Assembly (NCBI GenBank): GCA_022822215.1 | Contig: JAJECD010000191.1 | Location: 1 to 38,324 of the forward strand | Length of the DNA stretch: 38,324 nucleotides | Direction of reading: 5' to 3' | Source: Candidatus Poribacteria bacterium | GTDB lineage: Bacteria; Poribacteria; WGA-4E; WGA-3G | In this document: piece after piece, positions 1-9,400 of the stretch | Layout: every line of letters starts with the position of its first letter | Numbering within the stretch: position 1 is the first letter of the stretch | Translations under genes and position numbers: made by a program | The notes under the pieces: model-generated | Database searches by the model: none | The model's input: the letters and a program-made list of their open reading frames with translations, nothing else | Told to the model about the DNA's origin: nothing

Positions 1-2
1 CT

Positions 3-1754
3 ATTCGACTGTGGGATGCAGATACGGGAAAACTCAGTGGTACACTTAAGGGATCTGAAGACGTTGTAACCCTCGCGTTTTCGCCGGATGGCACAATGCT
101 TGCCAGTAGTGGCAAATGGCCCGACTATCCGATTCGATTATGGGATGTAGCCACGCGTCAACCTCGGGATACGCGCTTTGACAACACGGGTTCCCCTTAC
201 GCCATTTCGTTCTCACCCGATGGAAAAACCCTTGTGAGTGGCGGACGGGATAACACAGTTCGATTGTGGGATGTCCAGACTGGAGAACTTAAGAATCGTC
301 TTAAAGGACACCGAGACGATGTTAATGCTGTTATATTTTCCGAAGATGGGGAAATGTTCGCCAGTGGTAGTGACGACGGAACGGTTCGGTTGTGGAATGT
401 TCGCACTGGAGAGACTGTCGTTACGCTGAAAGGAGATACTAAATTCCCAGAAGAAATCCGGGACCTCGCGTTTTCTCCGAATGGTACAACCTTAGCAAGC
501 GCGACAACTGATGAGATTTGGCTGTGGGATATCGACACGAAACAGATTATACGGATTCTCGAAGGGCATACGTGGCAGGTCAGTGCCCTCGCGTTTTCGC
601 CAGATAGCGAGACTATCGCCAGTGCCGGTTGGGATTGGACCCTCAGGTTATGGGATGCCGGGACCGGGAAACTCCGCAAGACGTTTGGGGAACATACAAG
701 TGCTGTCAATACGGTCGCGTTTTCGCCCGATGGGAGAACCCTTGCCAGTGCCAGTTGGGGGTTGATTCGCTTGTGGCATACGAGTGGTGTGCCACTTCGG
801 TTATGGTATGCCCGTACCGGAGAGCACCTCGAAAATTTCATATACCATATTGATTATGTTTGGACCGTTGTATTTTCGCCGGACAGTAAACACCTTGCAA
901 GCGGCGGTAACGACAGTCGGCTCCGATTGTGGGAGGCGAACACTGGAAACCATATTGCGACGCTGAGAGGCGGTGGAGATGCCGTGGCATTTTCGCCGGA
1001 TGGAAAACTAATCGCAAGCGAGTATGGGGGAGACGGCATCATCTCGACAATAGGCTTGTGGGATGTCTACAGCGGTGAACTTCATCACGTTCTCAATGGA
1101 CATTACAGTCCATTGACTGGCATGGCATTTTCGCCAGACGGTAAAACACTTGTGAGCGCGAGTCGAGATTCCGAGATTGTTTTGTGGGATATCCCTACGC
1201 TCCAACGCCGTCTGAGTATTACAACACAACACACAAAAGCTGTCTGTTCTGTCGCATTTTCCCCTGATGGTGAAACACTTGCGAGCGGTAGTTTCGATCG
1301 GACGCTTCGATTATGGGACCCACATACCGGGGAACGTAAGGCGGCGTTGCAGTATCCAGATGCAGTTACCGCTGTTGCGTTTTCCCCTGATGGCAGAAGC
1401 CTTGCTGTCGCATGGGGCGAGTGGATAAACAATCAAATACAACTGTTAGATACAGAGACACTCCAACCCATTGAGACCTTGGTGGGGCATACAGAAGATG
1501 TTACCGCTGTTGCGTTTTCCCCTGATGGCAGAAGCCTTGTTAGTAGTAGTTGTGATGGTACGATTCTCCTATGGGAAATGCCGGATGACGCAGCACCGCA
1601 AGATGTCAACGGCGATGGGAGTGTAAATATTGAAGATTTAAGGTTCATTGCTGCTCGCCTTGGACATGTTGGGAAAGGACATACGGCGGATGTTAACGAT
1701 GATGGGATTATCAGTATTCTTGATCTTGTTATGGTTGCAGGTGCGCTGGAGTAA
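3..1754 (+). CDS. WD40-repeat beta-propeller protein with C-terminal dockerin-type module; N-terminus lies upstream of the window
   Basis: The frame of the 96..1754 ORF stays open back to nt 3 (IRLWDADTGKLSGTLKGSEDVVTLAFSPDG...), so the Met at 96 is internal. About 13 consecutive ~40-aa units of form AFSPDG.TLAS...D.T(I/L/V)RLWD..TG. The C-terminus has two Ca-binding dockerin-like segments, DVNGDGSVNIEDL and DVNDDGIISILDLV. Confidence 0.9.
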   Translation: MRLWDADTGKLSGTLKGSEDVVTLAFSPDGTMLASSGKWPDYPIRLWDVATRQPRDTRFDNTGSPYAISFSPDGKTLVSGGRDNTVRLWDVQTGELKNRLKGHRDDVNAVIFSEDGEMFASGSDDGTVRLWNVRTGETVVTLKGDTKFPEEIRDLAFSPNGTTLASATTDEIWLWDIDTKQIIRILEGHTWQVSALAFSPDSETIASAGWDWTLRLWDAGTGKLRKTFGEHTSAVNTVAFSPDGRTLASASWGLIRLWHTSGVPLRLWYARTGEHLENFIYHIDYVWTVVFSPDSKHLASGGNDSRLRLWEANTGNHIATLRGGGDAVAFSPDGKLIASEYGGDGIISTIGLWDVYSGELHHVLNGHYSPLTGMAFSPDGKTLVSASRDSEIVLWDIPTLQRRLSITTQHTKAVCSVAFSPDGETLASGSFDRTLRLWDPHTGERKAALQYPDAVTAVAFSPDGRSLAVAWGEWINNQIQLLDTETLQPIETLVGHTEDVTAVAFSPDGRSLVSSSCDGTILLWEMPDDAAPQDVNGDGSVNIEDLRFIAARLGHVGKGHTADVNDDGIISILDLVMVAGALE

Positions 1755-1763
1755 GATGGGATT

Positions 1764-1796
1764 CAAAAAAGAGAGGCGCGCTCGAAAGGCGCGCCT
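1764..1796 (-). terminator. Rho-independent terminator for the minus-strand lipoprotein gene (hairpin shared with the convergent WD40 gene)
   Basis: Perfect 8-bp GC stem aggcgcgc(1774-1781)/gcgcgcct(1789-1796) with a 7-nt loop. On the minus strand it is followed by ctc+TTTTTT (plus-strand A-run 1765-1770). It lies 27 nt past the stop at 1823. Confidence 0.6.
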
Positions 1797-1822
1797 ACGG
1801 AAAGATGTCGGACTGTGAGATA

Positions 1823-2587
1823 TTATTCGTTAATATAATCCGAGCGTAACTCAAATGTGTGGTTCACCCAACTACCGGCGCGGACATCAAGTTCAGTCTC
1901 AATTGCCATTATAGCTTCCAGTTCCTCGTAGGCAGTAGCATCCGCTTGGCTCGCAAACCCAAATTCGACAAGTCGGTGTGGATTTTCGCCGTTATAGTTG
2001 TCGTAAGAGGCTACCGCTTTCAGCTGCTCGGGGAAAACCAACGCATCAGAAACAGAGGCGACCCACTCAAGATACGCTTGTTTTCCACCAAGGGGATATT
2101 CAACGAAAATAATGCCTTTAATCGGCCAATCATCTTTCTCTGTTTTCGAGTAGTCGGAACGCTCAATGAATGTATGTGCGCTCACTCGGGAGGCGTGGTT
2201 GGGGAGGTCTTCAAAAACGGCAGCGATCTCTGGATGGTTCATATAGGTCATCGCATCGACGAAACTGTCAAATTCAAACTCAACGAACCGATGTGGACTG
2301 ACTTCCTCGGTATTGTCATAGGATCTTATCCGATTGACCTCTTCAGGGGCTTGCAGCGTTGGTGCGACGGAAGCTATCCATGCAAGATAAATATCCTTAC
2401 CACCTTCCGGGTAGTCGACTAACCAGACTAATTTCACTGGTGTTGTTTCCATATCCATCATAGCCTCATCCATCGTAGCATCTGCGGGTGTGACATCCAA
2501 CACACTTCTTTGTGCCCTATCGCACCCTACCAAAGCAACCAACGCGATGAGAATTATCAGGGACAGGTTTGCTAATCTCGAAATCAT
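1823..2587 (-). CDS. Hypothetical lipoprotein made of two tandem homologous ~100-aa domains
   Basis: Lipobox LVALVGC after a hydrophobic N-terminus. AAGGAGG lies upstream of the ATG at 2587. Internal duplication: YPEGGKDIYLAWIASV...SYDN...PHRFVEFEFDS... versus YPLGGKQAYLEWVASV...SYDN...PHRLVEFGFAS... Confidence 0.75.
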   Translation of the reverse strand: MISRLANLSLIILIALVALVGCDRAQRSVLDVTPADATMDEAMMDMETTPVKLVWLVDYPEGGKDIYLAWIASVAPTLQAPEEVNRIRSYDNTEEVSPHRFVEFEFDSFVDAMTYMNHPEIAAVFEDLPNHASRVSAHTFIERSDYSKTEKDDWPIKGIIFVEYPLGGKQAYLEWVASVSDALVFPEQLKAVASYDNYNGENPHRLVEFGFASQADATAYEELEAIMAIETELDVRAGSWVNHTFELRSDYINE

Positions 2588-2626
2588 AATTTTTCCTCCT
2601 TTTGAAAAAATAAATTAAAAATTTGC

Positions 2627-3169
2627 TTAAGACTCCCAAATCGGTTCCGAAGTGTTCGCTCGGAAGTTCACCGTCCGAGCGAGAACAAACAGAAGGTCCG
2701 AAAGTCTGTTTAAACTCCGAAGTATTTCTGGGTTGACTTCGGTTTCACGTGCAAGTCGAACGACGCACCGTTCGCTTCGGCGGCATACGACGCGCGCGAT
2801 GTGTAAAATAGCACCGGCGGGACAGCCACCGGGTAAAATAAAATTCCTGAGAGGCGGAAGTGCCTCTGAAAGCGTATCTATCGCAGCTTCCATCTCTGTT
2901 GTGAAATCCTCTGATATTCGCATTTCAGCAGATTTCGTATGTGTCAGAGGTGTTGCCAAATCCGCACCAACTGCGAAGAGGTGATTTTGGACGCGAGCCA
3001 GTAACACTGAAAGGTCAGAATCGCCAATCAACGTCTGTACATAACCGATATAGGCGTTCAGTTCGTCAACTGTGCCGATCGCCTCAAATTGTGGCGCGTC
3101 TTTTCCTAATCTCGCTCCGCCGTACAGCGCGGTTTCTCCAGTATCACCGAATTTAGTATAGATTTTCAT
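2627..3169 (-). CDS. ATP:cob(I)alamin adenosyltransferase, PduO/MMAB type
   Basis: The N-terminus MKIYTKFGDTGETALYGG.R..KD is the hallmark PduO-type ATP-binding motif. The ~180-aa size fits. AAAGGA RBS upstream. Confidence 0.9.
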   Translation of the reverse strand: MKIYTKFGDTGETALYGGARLGKDAPQFEAIGTVDELNAYIGYVQTLIGDSDLSVLLARVQNHLFAVGADLATPLTHTKSAEMRISEDFTTEMEAAIDTLSEALPPLRNFILPGGCPAGAILHIARVVCRRSERCVVRLARETEVNPEILRSLNRLSDLLFVLARTVNFRANTSEPIWES

Positions 3170-3213
3170 ATCCTTTTATTATATACTTTGTGGAAAAAGG
3201 AGTCAATCCAAAT

Positions 3214-4584
3214 ATGAAAATTTCAGGACAATCTATGGCACGTTTTGGCTTGCAAGTTTCGCCAAAAGTTGAAAAAGTTAACGTTGTCGATCTGCGCGTG
3301 CCGACCTCAGACACACTCCTCGGTTCTGATCCGTTTCACAAAAAACCGAACTATTCTGCAGTGCTAACGACACTGGAGACGGACACAGGGCATCGCGGCA
3401 TTTCAGGCGCTTTCACTGCCGGGGCTGGCAATGATTGGATTGCTTACGGGGTTAAAGACCTCGCAGAACTCGTTGTCGGGATGGAGATGGACACGTTTGT
3501 CGCTGACCCAGGGGAATTCCACAGATTGCTCGTTGACCATCACCAATTGCGTTGGCTTGCAGATGGTGTCAACCGGATGGCGATCGGGAGCGTCGTCAAC
3601 GCGGTGTGGGACCTCTGGGCGAAACTGGTGAATAAACCGCTCTGGAAACTCCTCGTCGATTTACCACCGGAGAAGATTGTACAGTCTATTGATTGGCGGT
3701 ATTTACGAGATGCGTTGACACCTGACGAAGCGGCGGAGATACTCGACAAACACGGGGATGGTCGCGAAGCCCGCGAACAGATGCTTCGTGTGCAGGGACC
3801 GAAGGCTTATTCCACTGCAGGATGGCTCGGTTTAACGGACGAACAGATCATCGAGACGGTGAATCAAGTGAAAGCGGCGGGGCTCGACTGCTTCAAGATG
3901 AAGGTCGGTCAAGATCTCGAATTTGACAAAAAACGACTCGCCTTCATCCGCGAGGCAATCGGTCCCGAAGCGCGCTTGATGCTCGATGCCAATCAGATTT
4001 GGGGTGTTGATGAAGCCATCGCTTATATGGAAGAATTAGCGGATTTTAACCCGACATGGATTGAAGAACCGACAGCGCGCGATGATGTCCTCGGCTTTGT
4101 GAAAATTTCACGTGCTTTAGAGAAACACGGTATCGGTGTCGCAACAGGCGAACAGGTGCCGTCCCCTGTTATCTTCAAGCAATTAATCACGAGTGGCGCG
4201 ATCCAATACTGTCAGATTGATGCGACGCGGCTCGGAGGGGTCAACGATGTATTAGGGGTTATCTTAATGGCAGCAAAGTATGATATACCTGTCTGTCCGC
4301 ACGGGGGCGGCATCGGTTTATGCAACATGATTCAGCACTACGCGATATGGGATCAAATCTGTGTTGCGGCGCATTCGGATACACAGGTCGTTGAATACCT
4401 CAATTTCCTCCAGAAGGACGTTTTCCTACATCCGATCCAAGTACGCAACGGTGCCTATGTTACACCAACGGTTCCAGGTTGGGGACTTGAGATGTACCCG
4501 AACTTCGTTGAGGAACACATCTATCCGACAGGTGTCGTCTGGCAGGGGAGAGAGGCGTCTGGTGGAATAACGTTTCTGGCGTAA
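3214..4584 (+). CDS. Enolase-superfamily dehydratase, L-fuconate dehydratase-like (mandelate racemase subgroup)
   Basis: Motifs KMKVG, LMLDANQIWG, WIEEPT, ATGE, QIDATRLGGVNDV and CPHGGGIGLCN match the metal-ligand and catalytic strands of fuconate-dehydratase-type MR enzymes. Start moved from GTG 3190 to ATG 3214 because AAAGGAG (3195-3201) precedes it. Confidence 0.85.
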   Translation: MKISGQSMARFGLQVSPKVEKVNVVDLRVPTSDTLLGSDPFHKKPNYSAVLTTLETDTGHRGISGAFTAGAGNDWIAYGVKDLAELVVGMEMDTFVADPGEFHRLLVDHHQLRWLADGVNRMAIGSVVNAVWDLWAKLVNKPLWKLLVDLPPEKIVQSIDWRYLRDALTPDEAAEILDKHGDGREAREQMLRVQGPKAYSTAGWLGLTDEQIIETVNQVKAAGLDCFKMKVGQDLEFDKKRLAFIREAIGPEARLMLDANQIWGVDEAIAYMEELADFNPTWIEEPTARDDVLGFVKISRALEKHGIGVATGEQVPSPVIFKQLITSGAIQYCQIDATRLGGVNDVLGVILMAAKYDIPVCPHGGGIGLCNMIQHYAIWDQICVAAHSDTQVVEYLNFLQKDVFLHPIQVRNGAYVTPTVPGWGLEMYPNFVEEHIYPTGVVWQGREASGGITFLA

Positions 4585-4604
4585 CTGTCTTAGCCAATTT
4601 CTTT

Positions 4605-4729
4605 TTATAGTGGATCCCATAATTAATTGCACATTCGGTGGGCATCGGGCTGGGGGACCCAGCCCCTACGGAGGCACAGGCTAACAGCCTATGCTACAAG
4701 TGTAAACTTATTTTCGGATTTTACTATAA
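4605..4729. repeat. MITE-like intergenic element, family A copy 1 (imperfect ~30-bp terminal inverted repeats)
   Basis: The left end ttatagtggatcccataattaattgcaca is matched by the reverse complement of the right end, ttatagtaaaatccgaaaataagtttaca. The same ends occur at 16549..16689. Internal GC hairpin gggctggg/cccagccc followed by ctacgg. Confidence 0.6.
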
Positions 4730-4731
4730 TT

Positions 4732-4790
4732 AAAATGGTAGACGAGGTTTATAACCTCTTAAAATGGTAGGCGAGGTTTGTAACCTCGCC
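4732..4790. repeat. Tandem ~29-nt direct repeat, each unit containing a hairpin
   Basis: aaaatggtagacgaggtttataacctctt followed by aaaatggtaggcgaggtttgtaacctcgcc. The second unit has a perfect 9-bp stem, ggcgaggtt/aacctcgcc. It lies just downstream of the minus-strand aldolase stop, so it may act as a terminator. Confidence 0.6.
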
Positions 4791-4812
4791 GGTCCGCTTG
4801 TAAGAGAGCAAA

Positions 4813-5568
4813 TCACGACTTCGCGCCTGCTGCACGCTCTTTAAACGCCGCTGCCCCTACTGTAATCCATCCGCCGACACCCGTCATTAAAAACCGTACG
4901 CCTGCCTTGACATACTTTTCAACAGTCGCATCGGTCGTCAAAGTGCCAGCGACCCGTCCCGCTTCTTGGATACGAGCAAGGGCAGCATCAAGTGTATTCT
5001 GGACATCTGGATGCGTGAGGTTCCCGATATGCCCCATAGATGTCGCTAAATCTGACGGCGCAACGAAGAATACATCAACGTGATCGACGGTGAGAATTTC
5101 GTCAAGGTTATTGACTGCTACAATATCTTCAATCAGAACCATAACGAGTGTTTGTGCGTTGGCTTCTTCAAAATAGGTATCGACACCGTAGCCTTGGCGA
5201 CTGGTGAACATACCGCGGTGACCGATGGGTGCAAACTTCGCACCATCCACGACGTTTTGTGCTTCTGCCTTCGTGTTAACGTGCGGAACACAAATACCCA
5301 TTGAACCGCAATCCAGTGTCCGATAGATGAGCCCTTGGTCGTTCCGATTGACACGTGTGATAGAGGTCATACCCCAGAGGTCGCACGCACGCGTCAGGTC
5401 CCCAATGCGTGATGCATCGACAGCACCGTGTTCACCTTCCAACCAGACACCGTCGAATCCGTTGGGACCGAAAATATCTATATCATCGGCACTCGTTAGT
5501 CCTGAAATAACGTAGGCGAGGTCGCCAGCTGCTAACTTCTCTTTAACTCGATTCGGTCTTATTTCCAT
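4813..5568 (-). CDS. HpcH/HpaI-family class II aldolase (2-keto-3-deoxy-sugar-acid aldolase type)
   Basis: 251 aa. The family-typical N-terminus N..K..L..G..., the GFDGVWLEGEHG segment and the DxE/D acidic metal-site context fit. GGGAGA RBS upstream. It converges on a sugar-acid dehydratase gene. Confidence 0.8.
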   Translation of the reverse strand: MEIRPNRVKEKLAAGDLAYVISGLTSADDIDIFGPNGFDGVWLEGEHGAVDASRIGDLTRACDLWGMTSITRVNRNDQGLIYRTLDCGSMGICVPHVNTKAEAQNVVDGAKFAPIGHRGMFTSRQGYGVDTYFEEANAQTLVMVLIEDIVAVNNLDEILTVDHVDVFFVAPSDLATSMGHIGNLTHPDVQNTLDAALARIQEAGRVAGTLTTDATVEKYVKAGVRFLMTGVGGWITVGAAAFKERAAGAKS

Positions 5569-5673
5569 AAATTTCTCCCGTTAAATTGTTATCTTCTGTA
5601 GAAGGGATTTCCGAATCCCGACTTCTGATTCTCTTAGATGTAAAGCGTATCAAGAATCTCTAAAATTGTCCAT

Positions 5674-5710
5674 AAAAAAGCAAAGTGCGCACTTGAAAAG
5701 CACGCACTTT
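5674..5710 (-). terminator. Rho-independent terminator of the 5745..6179 gene
   Basis: Stem aaagtgcg(5682-5689)/cgcacttt(5703-5710). On the minus strand it is followed by a T-run (plus-strand A-run 5674-5679). It lies 35 nt past the stop. Confidence 0.6.
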
Positions 5711-5744
5711 ACATTCATATCCGTAGTAGTGATTTTATTATTGT

Positions 5745-6179
5745 CTATCCGCTGGCACTGGTGCGCAGTAAATGGACCCCCATCGCACCGTTCAATAACG
5801 GGAGTGCTGCATCCAAGAGAATCCAAACCAAGGATCGGGTGCCATGGTCGACTCCGGTAAAGTCTTGACCGATATCGCTGATGCCGAACCAGTTCCAAAG
5901 GAAGATGATCGCTGCAAACATGAATCCATAGAAGAGTGTGTTCGCTGCTATGAATTCTTGAACGCTTGCGTCCGCACCGGCACGCCGCATGCGAATGTAG
6001 CCGAATATCACCCCTAATATTATGGAAATCAGGGAGAGTGGATTGATATAGTCCCAGGTGGAGCTATACGGACTATCTATGGTGGAAGTGTGGTAAATTG
6101 GTTCGAGTACTGTTTGGATAGCGATTATCGCCGCGATGACGATAAGCACAACGCCTATAATTCGCTTGAGGGTCTCCAT
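5745..6179 (-). CDS. Small integral membrane protein (about 4 TM), unknown function
   Basis: Four hydrophobic spans (IIGVVLIVIAAIIAI, LSLISIILGVIFGYI, LFYGFMFAAIIFLWNWF, LVWILLDAALPLL). AAGGAGAA RBS upstream and a terminator downstream. Confidence 0.7.
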   Translation of the reverse strand: METLKRIIGVVLIVIAAIIAIQTVLEPIYHTSTIDSPYSSTWDYINPLSLISIILGVIFGYIRMRRAGADASVQEFIAANTLFYGFMFAAIIFLWNWFGISDIGQDFTGVDHGTRSLVWILLDAALPLLNGAMGVHLLRTSASG

Positions 6180-6330
6180 GATTTTCTCCTTAGCCCTGAG
6201 TGGGTGTAGTTAAATCTTGTCCCAAGAAACGAAATTGACGATAGCATTGTTATCACGCGTTACAGAAAAATTTACCAGATGTACGCGTATTATACAGTTT
6301 CTAACATTTTAAGTCAAAATTTAAGAAGTG

Positions 6331-6359
6331 TTGACGTTTTCGGTGTGATGTGGTATTCT
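6331..6359 (+). promoter_or_regulatory. Candidate sigma70-type promoter for the 6407 gene
   Basis: TTGACG (6331-6336), a 17-nt spacer, then TATTCT (6354-6359), about 50 nt upstream of the ORF. Confidence 0.35.
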
Positions 6360-6406
6360 TAATGCTAACATTTCGTTCTGCTTCAACCTATGTATAAAAA
6401 ATATTA

Positions 6407-9400
6407 GTGTCTACACAGATGTGTCCCGTTATCAAGAAAATGATGAAAACTTTCAAGTTCGCACTAATTTTAATTATTCTGACTGTAGGAGGGATTTGCA
6501 ACCCCGACTCTTATAGCGACGCTTTTATCTACCACTGGGAAATAGATGAAACCCCAGAAGGCAGTGAAAGTGCAACCGTAATCGAACCTGTAGAAGTGAC
6601 GTTGTTGGATGAACCTATACAGGTCGTATCCCATAGTGCATCCTTAGCGTTACTGCGAAAGTATTCTGTACATCTTGGCACTGAATGGAACGCGAGGCGT
6701 GCCTATAGGTTACTTCAAACTTTTGAATCTATACCGCAAGAGACAAATAACCCTTATGAGGAAAGCCCCACGGTGGAATCTTCTATATGGAGACTCAGTA
6801 ACCGACACATTCAAGGGGACATCACCGTCGAATACCAAGGCGGCCAACGAGTTGTTACTATTGCTCAGACGGTGTTTACTTATGCGCAGCCGCTGTTAGC
6901 TGAAATTGAAGGTGTACGAGGCAGGTATTTCTCTAAACGCCTCCATCGTGCAGTGGTCCGCTTTGTTACCGATAGCGGTGCAGATAGATACGCCCTTGAG
7001 CGGATATTACGAGAACGCTACGCCATCAGTATAAACATTCCAGATTATAGCCAACTCACACGACACACAACCGGAGAACATGCCGGACGTTTTTCTGGAT
7101 TCAAAAACGAAGAACTGATAGCATTGATCTCCATGCTTGAAGAATTCCCGATAGGTATGATCAAGACTCCGGGGCTCAACTATTTTGTTCGTCGGTTAGA
7201 TGGTACACCGCATCCGCTTTATCCGAGTGCCCCTGCAGTCGCCTGGCCCACTGCAGGCTATATTGAGTTTATGGAATCTGCTTTTAAGGAACAAGGTCTC
7301 GATTATATCCATCGCCTGATTCTTCACGAAAAAGCACACTTTTTATGGCATCATCTCTTTGATGCACAACTCAAACAGGACTGGATCGAGCTCGGCGGTT
7401 GGTTTGAGAATCCCGACGATCGAGACGGTTGGTCAACGACAAAACAGGTCGAGTTTGTTTCTGCTTATGCCCACGGCATCAATCCGAATGAAGATATGGC
7501 AGAAAGTATCAGTTATTACATTGTAAATCCTGACAAACTTCGTTCGCGTTCACCTGCGAAATATGAATTTATTCAAAATCGGATTATGCACGGTACACGC
7601 TATGTCTCACAGATTCGTGAAGATTTAACGTTTGAGGTTTACAACCTATACCCGGACTATGTATATCCAGGACGAATCGTACGGATTGATATAAAGGTTG
7701 AAGGTGAACCAGAAGAAGATAAACGCATAACAGTTGAGATTGAAATTCACGGCGAAAGTGAATTAGATGCTGCCCAAAGTGCTTATATCCGTGTTTTTAG
7801 TAACAAAGGCACTTTTTTTGACCTTGCCTGGATGACTCTGGTTGATGCAAATGGACAGCAGGTTGCTGCTGGACATATTTTACGTGGACAAGCGACATTA
7901 TCAAAATATGCAGCAGATGGCTATTGGAACCCTGACCAGATCCGAATCTGGGATGCCCAGGGGAATGAGAGACTTGCATCCCAAACCGATTATGGCTGGC
8001 AACTCCATATTGACAACCCGCTCGCGGATTGTGAGCCACCGGTTTATGTTAAAAACTCGATGACCCTTTCACTGTCGAAAGCCACTACACCTGATGGTAA
8101 ACCTTATCAGATCGTTACAGCAAGTTGGGAGGTCATAGAAAAGACAGGTATACAATTCGTTTATGCGGCTTTAAATGATGATTTAAGGGAGACACATTCA
8201 ATATATAGACAGTCTGAATATGGGGGTTATGATAGCAAGTTGGATAGAGTCGTTGTGAAATTCAAGTTCCCTGAGTATATGCCAAGTGGTCTTTACAGTC
8301 TTAACAATATTACTATGTCAGATATTGCCTTGAATGAATCCAGTGTCTATTTCACAAATGATGGTACAGATGAAGCACCAAAAACTATTAAGATAAAAAC
8401 AAATACCCCGGACCTTGAACCGCCTGTTTTGGATGTCAACCGTATTACTATTAAAGCTGAGCCTACGATACCAGAAGCACCCAATGGTGAAACAATTGTT
8501 GATATTTCCTTTAGGATTAAAGACAACATTAGCGGCTATGAAATAAGTAGCCTGAATTTAAGAGACCCTCAAGGGGTTATGCACCATTTTTATCACTATC
8601 CAGATGGATATGGAGGGTTGTATTTTAATGGCAACCCCACACTTTTTAAGGAATACCACCAGAGGATAGTCCTACCTATAGGCAGTGCCCCTGGGATATG
8701 GGGACTTGCCGAGATGACAGTATTTGATAAAGCAGGAAACACACAACGACATGACTTCACCGAAATTGTCCGTTTTGAGGTAGGAGAGGAACCTGTCTAT
8801 ACCCAATACGATGTAAATCAAGATGGCAAAGTGGACAATACTGATTTGGGTCTGATAGCAGCAGCCTTAGGAGAGAATCCACCTATCAATCCGCGGGTAG
8901 ATGTTGATGGGAGTGGAACTGTTGATGGCAATGACTTGCTACTCGTGATAGAAAATTTTGACGAATCATCAGATGCTGCCCCGTCGGCTATTACGGTTAA
9001 AATTATTGGGCTCAGTCGAGATCAGATTCAAGCACAGATTGACTTGTTACTCTCAACGAATAACAACTCACTTGCAATGCAACGGACATTGACATTCCTT
9101 TACAACCTCTTAGCATCGGTATCTCCCGACAATACACAACTGCTCGCTAATTATCCGAATCCCTGCAATCCAGAGACGTGGATACCCTACCAACTCGCAA
9201 CCAGCAGCGATGTACAGATTACCATCTATGACGTGAAAGGCATCGTGGTTCGCAATTTGGAATTAGGACATCAGTCGGCGGGTTTCTATACGGGTAGAAG
9301 CCGTGCGGCGTATTGGAATGGTCGCAACGGTTTAGGGGAGCAGGTCGCCAGTGGAGTCTATTTCTATCAGCTGCAAGCAGACGAGATTTCACCTATGCGG

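Noticed and set aside
197-1648. A series of minus-strand and alternate-frame ORFs (197..841, 854..1042, 1103..1432, 1433..1648 and others) with a recurring PSGENA(T/M)A motif.
   Set aside because: They are the antisense and alternate-frame shadow of the repetitive WD40 coding sequence (AFSPDG read backwards). They have no RBS, and the plus-strand WD40 frame explains the region fully.
5650-5898. 82-aa minus ORF and 64-aa plus ORF spanning the 5569-5744 gap.
   Set aside because: They overlap the terminator hairpin and the 3' end of the well-supported membrane-protein gene. They have no RBS and a low-complexity composition.
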